DNA from: Eledone cirrhosa
Taxonomy: Eukaryota
Assembly: GCA_964016885.1 (NCBI GenBank)
Contig: OZ024742.1
Location: 260,710,001-260,774,000, forward strand
DNA length: 64,000 nucleotides
Direction: 5' to 3'
Shown: positions 1 through 12,005 of the stretch, piece by piece
Position numbering within the stretch: the stretch's first letter is position 1
How the letters are laid out: every line of letters starts with the position of its first letter
Notes under the pieces: generated by a model
What the model was told of the DNA's origin: nothing
The model's input: the letters and a program-made list of their open reading frames with translations, nothing else
Database searches by the model: none
Made by a program: the position numbers and the translations under genes

Positions 1-790
1 TGAATCCCGAGATGCGCTCGGACTTCTTGAGCGACCACCAAATCGGCGGGTTCGACTGTTGGACCGACGCGTGGCAGGGTTACCCAGTGACAAGGCCTGA
101 ATTTGTTGCGTCAAGGCATGTATCTGTGTTGCTTGCTGTGCCAGTAACTGGTGTAGATCGGGCATCTCTGTGGCACTGGAGGGCTGAAGGAAAGGATTGG
201 TGGGAGGCACAGCTGGCGTCACATCCGCTAAAGTTGAGTGCGGATGTGGTACCTCCATGATCTTATCTGCCAGCTCCGCGAGTTCTTCTATGGTAGTGGA
301 CTCCCTGGTGGATGCTAGTACAACTTGTGTGGCAGAAGGCAAACGCTGGAGGAAGAGTTGCTTGAAAATTTCATCCGGGAGTTTATGTTTTTCCCCAGGA
401 GCTGCTTCATTCGCCATAAGAGTTGTGTCGGCTTTTTATCTCCTAATTCATCCGATATGAGGAGCTGGTGCAAACGCTTCTGCTGCGACTCCGACGTCCG
501 CTTAACTAATGTTCTTTTAAATGTGTCATATGACACAGAGCCGGGTGATGCTAAAATGAGGTCTCAAACCGCATTCATAATCTCCAGAGACATCGAATCG
601 ATGACATGTGTGAGACGGGATGCCTCGCTAACGATCCGGTTCGATGCGAACTGCGCTTCGATGTGCGCGAACCATAGTGTTGGATCGTGCACCCAGAATG
701 GTGGAATCCTTAATGTAAATGCCGCCCTGACTGTCATTTCTGCCGTAGATGAATTGTTGTGTGCTAGAGACATCGTTTGTAGTGGATGAT
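1..790 (-). mobile_element. Gypsy-type LTR retrotransposon gag relic (DUF7041-like), frameshifted, runs off window edge
   Basis: ORFs 564-773 and 315-536 give IPPFWVHDPTLWFAHIEAQF...YDTFKRTLVKRTSESQQKRLHQLLISDELGDKKPTQLLWRMKQL; stop and frameshift present; paralog at 13250-14170. Confidence 0.85.
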
Positions 791-1540
791 CAGAAGGTTG
801 TGTGTCTGTTTTACTGGGTCACCAGTTGTAACGGAATATTATGTGTGGTTGAAACGATAAGTGGATGGATGGATGTAACTGTTAGTATGGTGGTTTCGAT
901 GTAAAGAAAAATACCAGGATTGTGTTGTTACAAAGTTTATTTTATTATAACAATATTCAATTTGAATATTGAATGATAAAATCAATAACACACAATATTC
1001 ATACAATAATTTGGTGGCTCTTCGAGCCACGTAAATTCAAGTATCACAGAATACGATTATAATATAATTTGTACTGTATCAGAAAGGTACAATATGTGTA
1101 AACAGAAATGGTGCGTGTAAAAATACTGAACTCACTATGAATGCGTGTGTGCGTATCAGTATATTTAATTATTTGTATTGCAGGAGTCAGCGATCAGCCA
1201 GGAAGGTGAGAATAAGTGGCAGACTGGTTTTTCGTGACGAGAGCTTGTAAATGCGACTTGTCTTGTCTGATATCACTTCTTTTTTTCCGGGGCGTAAACA
1301 ACCCCTGTATTTATAAGAGTTGAAGTTAGAAGGATAGATATATCCTCTGAACTTTGGTTAGTCTCCCAAGGGATTAGTTTGCCAAGCGTAAACAAGTCAG
1401 AAAGATGGATATGTAACAAGAGTTGCCTCCCTTGTGTGACTATCACATCACCAATAGATTAACGCTCTCTAGACAGGAAGTAGCTGGAGTTACTTCCCGT
1501 TGGAGTGGCGGAACCCTTTTTGTCACTTCCGTCTTGAGAC

Positions 1541-1550
1541 CCTATAAAAG
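1541..1550 (+). promoter_or_regulatory. TATA box in 5' LTR
   Basis: CCTATAAAAG about 130 bp into the LTR, conserved in the 3' LTR; ATTAAA further downstream near 1753. Confidence 0.5.
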
Positions 1551-2471
1551 AGATACTCAGAGCGATCTCTCTCTCATTTGCCCTTTCGGCTGCTGGCCTT
1601 AGGCCAGGCGCGTTCGCCGAGTCTCTACTCTCTGGCAACCCTAACATGGTCTCTTGCGAGCTAACTTCAAAACGGTAACAAATAACTTTACTTCATATTT
1701 CATCTACTCTTGACATGTCAACAATTCTATACTACATAACGTCAACTTGTTAATTAAACTTTATATACACAACCTAGTGTCTTGTTATATTCATACACAC
1801 CAGTATTTTGTTATAAGTGGTGACTCCGAGAAAAAAATGATAGGATCTGGTGTTGTGTGAATATATATAAAAAAATTAATTAGCAGTACCCCATTTTCGT
1901 TGGAATGTGTCGACCAACATTTCGAATACGCAGCAAATTTTATTAACGAACTAGGAAAAATACTCAGACACAGAAACGAACATACGCACATGTGAAATTC
2001 TCGTTCAGACAGACTCTTCTTCTCTCACCTAACGTGATATTTTGTTTTTCGGACTAAGAAATCCCTCCGACCTCCTTAGACAAGGATTTCTCTCCGCATA
2101 CACTGTCTTATAACGAACACATCAAAAAAGAAATTTTTTCTCAGGAAGCAAAATAAACAGAAAACTTTGCCTTTCACGCACGTGTCGCACATCAACTATG
2201 TGTCGCATTCCGCTGGATGTATATATATGTTTTTCGTTTCTTCTTACAACGAACACTTTAAAAAAAAAAAAAGAAATTTGATTTTTTTTTACACATTTCA
2301 ACATGAACATTTACTTTCACTGAATCTCAACTATTGCTTATTCTTTCCGCCAAGCTTTTTTCATCGTTCACAAAAAAGTTGAACTCGCCATATTTGTTAT
2401 ACCAAGTGAAGCCTTTCTTTCTGTTTCATCATATTATCACGTTCACACACGTTTTTCAAAATGGCTGCCAA

Positions 2472-2627
2472 GAACCTTGTTTCGGCACGTGTGGGCAGCA
2501 CATATCTCGACTCACTGAGATACCACACGCCATAGAAATATTTTTTTTTCGACTTGACTTTAACCTTGTTTCGGCACGTGCGGGCAGCACACATCTCGAC
2601 TCACTGAGATAACACACGCCATAGATA
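2472..2627. repeat. Two-copy ~89-bp-period tandem repeat in LTR-element interior
   Basis: AACCTTGTTTCGGCACGTG(T/C)GGGCAGCACA(T/C)ATCTCGACTCACTGAGATA(C/A)CACACGCCATAGA present twice. Confidence 0.9.
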
Positions 2628-3890
2628 ATGTTTCTTGCCAAGGATTCTCAAGCCTTGAGCTATATTCTCCTATTTGCCGGTTTAAAAATTTACCACGTAA
2701 ATTTGCCGTTGAAAACTGCGCATTTATTCAGAATGCTTATTTATTTGATCGCTGGCCTCTTGACCCTTCCAGGTCAACGCATTCTCAACATCGACCATCA
2801 ACTTTGGCTGTTATTTCTAGCACTTTGAGCAACTCATTTTTTCTTGGAAAATTTTTACTGTGAATTTAAATATCGAATACGCTCACTCCGCGAGACAACA
2901 ACATCAACAACAACAACACAGCTTCATCAACAATCAAAACCAGCAGAACAAGCCAAAGAATTTATTTTTGCAGCACTCTTCCTGTGAGAAATTCCCTTCA
3001 GAGGTTGGAAATTTTACGTTATACCACAGACCAGAAACCACCTGCATACATTCTCTGGAACACACTTTCTTTCCTGTGGTCATGTGATTGCACACCTGTG
3101 AACTGTATTTTGAACATTTGAACTTTGACCTCTTCTTTTACTTTGATTACATTGTATCTTTGAGTGATTGATAGATAGATGTCCAGTCGTTCTCTGGCCA
3201 AGAGCGGTTGGCTACCTTGATATCTATCATTGATTTTTGCATGCATATATTTTGCTGTTTTCCTTTTATTGCAAACATTATTTTTTTCGTAATTTTCATG
3301 CCTGGGCTTTGGTGTTACAACATGCTCGCCATCTTACTTCATACATGGTTCATTCGATTTTTATGTTTTTAAAATCTGACGGGAGATAATGTAGCAAGAG
3401 TTGCCTCCCTTGTGACGATCACATCACCAATAGATTAATGCTTTCTAGACAGGAAGTAGCTGGAGTTACTTCCCGTTGGGGTAGGTGAACCCTTTTTGTC
3501 ACTTCCGTCTTGAGACCCTATAAAAGGGATACTCAGAGCGATCTCTCTCTCATTTGCCCTTTCGGCTGCTGGCCTTAGGCCAGGCGCGTTCGCCGAGTCT
3601 CTACTCTCTGGCAACCCTAACATGGTCTCTTGCGAGCTAACTTCAAAACGGTAACAAATAACTTTACGTCATATTTCATCTACTCTTGACATGTCAACAA
3701 TTCTATACTACATAACGTCAACTTGTTAATTAAACTTTATATACACAACCTAGTGTCTTGTTATATTCATACACACCAGTATTTTGTTATAGATATATCC
3801 TCTGACCTATTTTCTGTCAGACGTAAACACCTCTGACCTGTGTTTAGCCTCTCCCAAGGGGTTAGTCTCTTGAGCGTAAACAACTTACCA

Positions 3891-4990
3891 CTGCTTGTCC
3901 CAGAGGCGGGAAAGCTCAGATTCGGTTTCGAATCTTCGCCGCCGTTATAGCTGCATCCAGGCTCCTTTTCAATATATCGTTGAGAGCAGCATGTCAGGGG
4001 TACCGACCTGCGCTCTTGCTGGACACCCATAGCAGAAGTAACCCTGTTGTCAGCGGCCATGAGTAAACTGGGTCTTCCGTGCGAGAGAATAAATGGAGGG
4101 AGCTCGTCTGAGACACGTCTCAAGGACGTGATCCCGCCTTACGCTGTTGAAGGCGTTTGTCATGTCCAGCTTCACAAAGAGGTGAGGTGACGAACGAGGT
4201 GCGTGCTCTATTAAATATCTGGCCGCATGAGCTGCAGCTTCACATCCGCACTAGATTCCCATTCTGAGCTGGACAGTGCTTAGACCCTCGCTCATGTCGT
4301 CTTTGGCTGATTTGCAAGCCATCTTTGCTGCAAGTCATCGTAAAACGTTGCCCATCGTGATGGGGCAGACACCTCCTCTCAGGGCGGTCAGGCTGGTTGA
4401 TAAGAAAATATCGCGGGCAAGTTGGCACAGTTGGTGGGGGGTTGTTAGCGACTGGAACAATCGGGCTCCTGCCTCTGCAGCGCGAGGCGAGATGAAGTCT
4501 TTGAGGTGGCCAGCTGCTCGCCACTGCTGCTGTCTGGGGAGGAACTCAGGGTGCTACTACAGCCTCACTAGAAGCAACCAGAGAAAGGTTGCTGACCGGA
4601 ACTGGAACATCACTGATGTCGGCTAGGGAGTCCGGATGTTTGTGGCGAAGCACTTATAAGACATCCAGTGTAGATTGGAGTACAGTGTCGCTCGAGGCCA
4701 GCACACGTACAGCCGCCGAAACGTCACCCTCATTTAATTTGAGTTTCACTCTGTCCTGGAGACTTTTCGTGCTGTCGGAGGTGGACTGCGAGCACTGGTG
4801 GGCAGCACGAGAGGCTCGCGGGCAAAGGATCACAGAAAGAAATGATCTTGCTCTTAAGCCTCGAAGTCAGGGAGAGGCCTGATCTTTCTCCCGCCGTTGG
4901 GTTCCCTGCCAACAGGATCCCGAGTACAAGGCTTACAAAACTGAACAGTTTGGTCCAGTCTTGCAGGCCGTCCGAGTCAAGCGCTCGCTC
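3891..4990 (-). mobile_element. CRE-clade non-LTR retrotransposon RT fragment
   Basis: Minus-strand translation includes CEAAAHAARYL, KLDMTNAFNSVRRDHVL and a GVQQ motif, typical of CRE-like RT; interrupted at 3890 by the Gypsy LTR. Confidence 0.75.
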
Positions 4991-5044
4991 GATTAATTAG
5001 AAGTTTAGCTATATTTTGAAGATACACTAACGAATAAATAAAAT

Positions 5045-5815
5045 ATGGGTAAATTTATAGAACACCACATACGATTTCAGTTGGAAAACATTTTTTTTTT
5101 TTCGTGTTCTATCAACTAATCTAACCTCCAAGATTCTGGCAATCGAACTTTTTCCTGGAGATCAGAGGGGGTGATGTATTCCTGCTCCTCGGAGTTTTCT
5201 CTCCTTTTCTTTTTTTCATATGTTATTAATGAACATGATCTCGAAACCAGTCGGAAACGACTAGATTTGTAGCAAAAGTGAAAGGGGGTGAAAAGTCCAT
5301 CGGACTTTTGCCGATCTACACTCCTCTCGGGTTTGGTGAGAAATAATTGTCTTTCCTTGTTTAGTTATTTATTTTTGTTGTTGTTTTTCTTCTGAACCAC
5401 TAGCTCTAAACCTAACCCTAATCTGAAAAAAAAAAAGTCTATTGTAAGCATCTAAGACATCTAGCAAAAATCAAGGACAGATAATTATTTCCCACCAAAC
5501 GTGAGAGGTGCATCGATCTGCGAAACTCCTATGGTCTTTTCTCTCCGCTTTTTCTACAAATCTAGTTGTTTCCGACTAGTTCGGAGATCCTGTTCGTTGA
5601 TAACACACGAAAAAAAAAAATCGTTGCGAAAACTCCGATGAGGGCGGGGGGTATCCAAGTGTTTGGGGAGAGATACTTCACCTCTCCGTTCTCCGAAAAA
5701 AAGTCGATTGCAAGAATCTTTGAAGTTAGATTAGTTGATAGCACACGAAAAATAAAAATACGAGGCAAAATTTTTTTTCAGAAATCGGGTGGGGTGTTCA
5801 ATGATAATGCCAAAA
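5045..5815. mobile_element. Foldback/MITE-like palindromic element with telomere-like centre
   Basis: Arms ~5045-5360 and ~5470-5815 are diverged reverse complements (TTCGTGTTCTATCAACTAATCTAAC vs GTTAGATTAGTTGATAGCACACGAA); centre contains AAACCTAACCCTAA. Confidence 0.8.
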
Positions 5816-6364
5816 TATGATTCTTACGTGGATTTTAAAAATATATATGCACAATGACGACAAGGAAGGACGTTTGACCACGTCTTGACCAAACAAAATA
5901 TAATATTTTCACCAAAAACTGCCCTTTAAACACATGTCAAATGGATTACAATATTCATTATTACAAATACTTTGACTGTTCCCTGACTACCGGCTTCAAC
6001 ATAGAATTATTTTAACGAAGTATATTTGATTTGATTTGATAGGGATCGCAGTAAGTACTTCACAAAATCTATAAACAACAATATACACACAGATCTATAT
6101 ACAGATACAAACCACACGCATATACACACAAGTGAAAAGAAATCACACTATTTCGTGTGAGACACTATACCGGCCAATCTTACGAACATTTGTAAAATCT
6201 TTCTGAACATTGACTTCGTTTCTAACCCACATACACATTTTAATTATATATATATAATTATATATTCGTGTGAAAATCTTTTTACATACACACACACACA
6301 TAATACATAGGAAAACAGAAATACAAAAACAAAACATAAACAAACATTTATCTCGTTAACAAAT

Positions 6365-7600
6365 GTGCTAAACTTACGCAGCATATTTATTTGTTTACAT
6401 TTTTGTTCTACTGTACGGATAGACAGACAGGACAAAATAACTATTGTGACATCCACGGATGAAGTGTGCAATAAAACTGGGCGATGTTCCAAAATAGAAC
6501 ATTGCCCAGAAAATCACGTCTGTCATCTATGTACAGAACCAGAGAACTCCTTCCGAAATCGATGGGTCGAATGTGGCAAATGTCGTGTTTCTGTTTGCCT
6601 TCAATGTGCCACAAACTTTCGAAAGATCCCGGGTCAGAAAAAGAAACACCATACTTCTATGCTGGATGGGCTCTGGGAAATGGTCCAGCTAACAAATTGG
6701 TCCTTTCAGTGCCTGGCTTGTATGTCTGCCTCTACCATTGCTTCTGAACAACAACAACAAAACCCGAAGATCGTGTCTTCCTCTACCATTGTTCCTGAAC
6801 AACAGCAAAACCAAAAACCAAAATCACCAACGACCGGAGCTTCTGCTACTACCCCTGTTGAAGGACTTCATCAACAACAGCAACCCATGTCTTCCTCCCC
6901 CGTTACTTTTCAACTGCGTCTTCCCCTACCATGCTTGTTGAAGGAGAAAAACAACAAAAATCGACCGTCAATACGGAGTTTGAGGAAATACGGCAAATGA
7001 TTTCCGCTTTAAGCCGAGAAATAGCGGGAATAAAATCAAGCGTTCGTGTAGAACCTCACAATGAAGGATCTTAGCGGAATGCCTTGTTAAAAAATCTCTG
7101 CGTACCTCTTGTCGAACCTAGACGCATTGAGAATGCGAACCACGAAGTGATTGCCATTGGTGTACCAGAAGACGTAGTTGATCTTCAGGCATTTGCTGCC
7201 AGTTCATCCAAAGACTTGGGCTGTGCTCCCACGAAGGGTGCTCTACGCCTTGGCCGACCAGGTCCGAAACCCAGGCTAATTAGAACTTAACTGAGGCACT
7301 TTCATACCTTGTAGCCTCTGATAAAGCTAGGCGTGAAAGTCGGATTGCTTTCCGAACACGTTCTGGTATTCCACCTGATGTCCGCCCAAAGCTACATGCT
7401 GCAGCTTCCTTAAACCGCAGCTCGGCAGAACATGAAAGCTTCAGCCTACGTGATGATGGGCAGATATGGAAGTTTGTTAAGCCTGGTGAAACATGGAAAA
7501 GAGATACCAGCTGGTCTAAAAACACTGTACCCACAACAGCTGACAATAAAAAAACTGAAAAAACTGTGAAACTAAATCAAAACAACCTGCCATCCTCTGC
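6365..7600 (+). pseudogene. LINE ORF1 with PHD-finger-like domain, disrupted
   Basis: CHLC...WVECGKC...CLQC...FQCLAC spacing, then Q/S/P-rich linker; frameshift and stops near 6900-7080. Confidence 0.7.
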
Positions 7601-10520
7601 ACATAATCATAGACTGGAATCAAGGTACAAATTGTTGTCCTTGAATGCACGTAGTCCATGCAATAAGATTAATCTTTTTGACTCCTACGTCAAAAGACTG
7701 ACTTCATTACAGTCACGGAAACTTGGGCACATTCCTTACTCTGTGATGGGGTTTTCAGCATAACAACTTGTTTCGTAAAGACCGCATTAATCTTCTTGGT
7801 GGTGGTGTAATGGTCTACGTTCGGCCAAATTTGTCAGCAATTCCTTGTGTTGATTTGAACCAATCACAGCAGGAAGTATTTTTTTGCGATACACGTATGA
7901 CCAACACTGCTACTTGGAGTCGTTTACCGTCCCCAAAATTACTCTCAGGACACTCAACTTTGTGATATCCTCAGAGTTGCTGCCAAGAAAACAGCCACTT
8001 AGTTTTTATTGCAGGGGACTTCAATCACCCTGAGATTGACTGGGAAACCTTTCGTTGGCCGCCAAGTGCAAATGACTTCCTTGAGCTAGTGCTGGACTCA
8101 AATTGGTCCCAAGTAGTCACCTTCCCAACAAGAGGTGACAACACTTTGGACCTACTCTTCACCACTACTCCTGAAATGGTTATTAGTGTTACTGCTGAGG
8201 AACCTTTAGGTGACTCTGATCATGCTATGATCATTGCCAATCTATCCCTCATGGGCAATAATAAAAACCACAACCATCTCCAAACTGCTCACTTTGACTG
8301 GAATAAAGCAGAGTGGAACTGTTACTGCACCAAGTTGCAACATCTAAACTGGCTTGAGTTCTACGACTCTGGAGATGTCAACACTGTACTTCCTAAGCTC
8401 AATATGGACAGCATGTGCAGCATCGGTGCCACGTAAGCAGAAAAAACACCCCAAAAGTGTAATTTGGGAAACTGCAGCAGTCCGTCTTGCCAGAAAAGAA
8501 TGTTGTAATGCTGAATGTGAGTACAAACTGCATAAATCAGATATCAATAGCAAGAGGCAAAATAAATCATCCAACCATCTCAAACAGGTGACAAAAAAGG
8601 CAGTGCTTCAATTTAAGCAGCACATAGCAACCAGCCCTGACAGTAAGGTATTCTGGAAGTATATTCACTCAAAGCAGAGGCCTCACTCTCCAGTTGGTCC
8701 TCTTCGCAATCCCCACACAAGCCAGGTTACTGACGACCCCAAGGAATGCGCAGAGCTCATTGCTGAATGTTATGCAGGCATTTTCACTATTGAAGACCAG
8801 AGCGTACCGTCTCCACCACCTATGACACTGGATTCTATTACAATTATGGAATTTACACCTGCAATGCTACGACGTCACCTTAAAAATTAAACGCAACCAT
8901 GCCTCTCCTGGTCTTGATGGTGTTACGTACCTGCTTCTCAAACATGGTGGGTACTTGCTTCTGCACCAGCTATCATGCTTCTTCCAATTCTGTCTGAACA
9001 ACGGTGCTACTCCAGAACAGTGGAAAACTGCCAGTGTCATTCCTCTGTTCAAAAAGGGTGACCGCACATCACATGTGAACTATCGTCCAGTCAGTCTTAC
9101 TAGCTGCATTGCCAAACTGATGAAATCCTGTGTCAGAGAAACACTTTGGAACTTCTGGAACACTCACAGTTTTATCCGGCCCTCGCAATTTGGATTTATC
9201 TCTAACTCCAGCTGCTGTGATCAACTTATCGAGTTTCTTGAAGACATCACCCGGATCACTGATGGCGGCTCATGGGTGGATGTTGTTTACCTTGACTTTG
9301 CTAAAGCTTTCAATTCTGTGTCACACAAAAGGCTTATGGCAAACTCTCTGCAATGGGTGTGAAGGATGATCTTTATAACTAGTTGAAGTCCTTCATTCTC
9401 AGTCAAAGAGAGGTAGTCACGGTTCTAGGACAGCATTCCTCACTATATGAGATGTCATCTGGTGTACCACAGGGATCTGTTCTTGGCACCCTTTTGTTTG
9501 TGGCATATATTAATGACATAGATGCCAACTTAAAGAATGCCACAGTACTGAAATATGCAGATGACATCAAGCTGTACCTCGAGATAAAAAAGACAGATCC
9601 TGAACACTATAGATCTTGCCTGCAATCTGACCTGGACACAATGCAACAATGGATCACAGACTGGCAACTCAAGCTAGCTGTGGACAAGTGCACCACCATG
9701 CATTTTGGGAGTAAAAACCCAGCATCCACATACTCCCTCCACAACACTAATATCAAGAAGTCTTCTTGTGAATGTGACCTGGGCATTACTGTCAGCAGCG
9801 ATTTGCGTTGTACAAAGCACGTCTCTAAAATTGTCAAAAAAGCCGAGGGTGTCTTAGCATCACTCAGCAAGACCTTTGTCAGTTGCTCTCCAGCTATCTA
9901 TATAAAGCTGTATATAGCTATGATGCGGCCACACTTAGAATTTTCATCACCAGTCTGGAACCCCTATCTTGCTCAGAACATTGACCGCCTGGAAACTGTT
10001 CAGAGATGTGCAACCAAGCGAATACCCTCCATCAGGCATCTACCATACTCTGAACGCCTTGCTTCTCTGGGCATGGATACATTGATGCCTCGACGTCTGG
10101 CAACTGACTTGGTAAACACCCACAAAATTGTTAACCATCTTGCCAACAACAACCCTGAGTACCTTTTTGACTTCCATTTGTCTAACACACGTGGGCATGC
10201 CCACAAAGTCAGAAAACAGCACAGTTCCCATGACTTTCGGAAACATTTTTTCACGCTCAGAGTTGCTGAAGCATGGAACAAACTACCTGCATCGGTTGTT
10301 AGCTGTCGAAACACTGCATCCTTTAAAACCTCCATGCTTCCTGAGATTCGCCAACACTACACCTAATATTTCCCCTCCATACACACACATGTATATCATG
10401 ACTCATACACTATTCACTTCCCTGACATCTGTATATTATTCTATGTACTATACATGCACCTTTGATGAGTTGTAGTACACCCGAGCACTTTACACAATAA
10501 TTTCATTATTATTATAATAA
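6415..10520 (+). mobile_element. Near full-length CR1-like LINE, inactivated
   Basis: PHD-type ORF1, then APE (LNARS, ETW, GDFNHP, LDLLF, SDH) and RT (YRPVSLTS, YLDFAKAFNSV, SGVPQGSVLG, YADDIKL, TRGH...FFTLRV..WNKLP); (ATT)n tail at about 10505-10520; several frameshifts. Confidence 0.92.
7620..10366 (+). pseudogene. LINE ORF2 (APE endonuclease + reverse transcriptase), frameshifted
   Basis: Collinear ORFs 7768, 8089, 8354, 8955 and 9383 carry the expected motifs in order. Confidence 0.92.
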
Positions 10521-10584
10521 TGTAAACAAAATATTTTGGTGCTCATTGAGTTTCACGTATGGAATGTTTCGGTTTTCACCCAAA

Positions 10585-11241
10585 CTATGATAATAATAAT
10601 AATAATGAAATTATTGTGTAAAGTGCTCAGGTGTACTACAACTCGTCAAAGGTGCATGTATCGTACATAGAATAATACACAAATGTCAGGGAAATGAATA
10701 GTGTATGAGTCATGATATACATGTATGTATGTGTATGGAAGGGAAATATTAGGTGTAGTGTTGGCGAATCTCAGGAAGCATGGAGGTTTTAAAGGATAGT
10801 GTTTCGACAGCTAACAACTGATGCAAGTAGTTTGTTCCATGCTTCAGCAACTCTGAGCGTGAAAAAATGTTTCCGAAAGTCATGGGAACTGTGCTGTTTT
10901 CTGACTTTGTGGGCATGCCCACGTGTGTTAGACACATGGAAATCAAAATGGTACTCAGGGTTGTTGTTGGCAAGATGGTTAACAATTTTGTGGGTGTTTA
11001 CCAAGTCAGTTGCCAGACGTCGGAGCTTCAATGTATCCATGCCCAGAGAAGCAAGGCGTTCAGAGTATGGTAGATGCCTGATGGAGGGTATTCGCTTGTG
11101 AAACGGTCAACAGCGATTTGCGTTGGACGAAGCACATCTCTAAAATTGTCAAGAAGGCCGAGGGTGTCTTAGCATCACTCAGCAAAACCTTTGTCAGCTG
11201 CTCTCCAGCTATCTATTTAAAGCTGTACATAGCTATGATGC
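10585..11241 (-). mobile_element. 5'-truncated, 5'-inverted copy of the same CR1 family
   Basis: 10590-11098 is the reverse complement of about 10014-10515; 11109-11241 matches about 9794-9926 in + orientation; CTATGAT at both ends. Confidence 0.9.
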
Positions 11242-11287
11242 TTTTCGAAGTTAATTCATCTGTAAGAAGTAGTTGAAAGTTCGATTC

Positions 11288-11360
11288 AAACTATCAACGT
11301 GCTCATCAATTTCTCTCGTTATGAAATAACGAGAGAAATTAATGAGCATTCATATAGTTT
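11288..11360. repeat. Short near-perfect hairpin
   Basis: TGCTCATCAATTTCTCTCGTTAT-GAA-ATAACGAGAGAAATTAATGAGCA, 23-bp stem with one mismatch, plus outer AAACTAT/ATAGTTT. Confidence 0.85.
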
Positions 11361-12005
11361 ACACATTTCATTTTATAGAAAACTTCTCTCTTTTATAATT
11401 TACACTAGCAGAGGTACCCAGAAATGCCCGGGTAATTTATAAAAGTAACAATAAATTGTGGCATATATCACAAAATATTTGACCAATGAAATAGGATTGT
11501 TTTATTTTCACTAAATTCAGAATTATAGCAGAATGTTCATTGTCGCTTGTTCAATGCAAATCATCTAGATAAAAACATTATTAACTTTGTCCCGTGGTGT
11601 TTTTTTTTACAGTCAGCATATATAATGCTTCATCCATAGATGAATCATTAGGTATGTTGTCAGTGAAAAGGGCATGACCAAAAAATACATCTGGAATTTT
11701 TTATCTTTTTTTTTATTTTATTTTATTTATTTTTGCTCAATCAGAACCTCAGATTCAAAATAAGGCTATTTTGAAAACCATAAATAAAATTCAATAAAAA
11801 ATAAAGTTAGCATTGGCTTAAAAATGAACTATTATGAACTCATTTCTGTAATTCAAGAAAGTGTATTTAGATTTTTACACTGTAGCTTTCACCCACCTTT
11901 GCTTCTAAGGCTGTAGGATCATGTTTGAGAGAGATTTGTTTTCTATTTCTATTAGGTATGCCAACAGTTATAGTGCTCCCATGACATACATATGTAGTGA
12001 TAGGA

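Larger units (their letters stand above)
1412..3791 (+). mobile_element. Complete non-autonomous LTR element (TRIM/LARD-like)
   Basis: Direct repeats 1412-1815 and 3390-3791 (TG...TA ends); PBS TGGTGACTCCGA at 1818-1829; purine tract GGGAGATAA at 3381-3389; 4-bp TSD GATA (1408-1411, 3792-3795); no recognisable internal gag/pol. Confidence 0.9.
827..3890 (-). mobile_element. 5' LTR of the Gypsy element, split by a nested insertion at 1412-3791
   Basis: On minus strand the LTR ends ...GTTACA, then AC, then TGGTGACCC (tRNA-Trp-type PBS, 816-824), then gag. Internal repeat GATATATCCTCTGA...CTCCCAAGGG...AGCGTAAACAA occurs on both sides of the nested element. Far end at 3890 is tentative. Confidence 0.65.

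Noticed and set aside
1459-1647. Duplicated 62-aa ORF (also 3435-3623)
   Set aside because: Antisense reading of the two LTRs; no protein motif
6365-7000. PHD ORF as a host chromatin gene
   Set aside because: Lies directly upstream of APE-RT in the same orientation, as expected for CR1 ORF1
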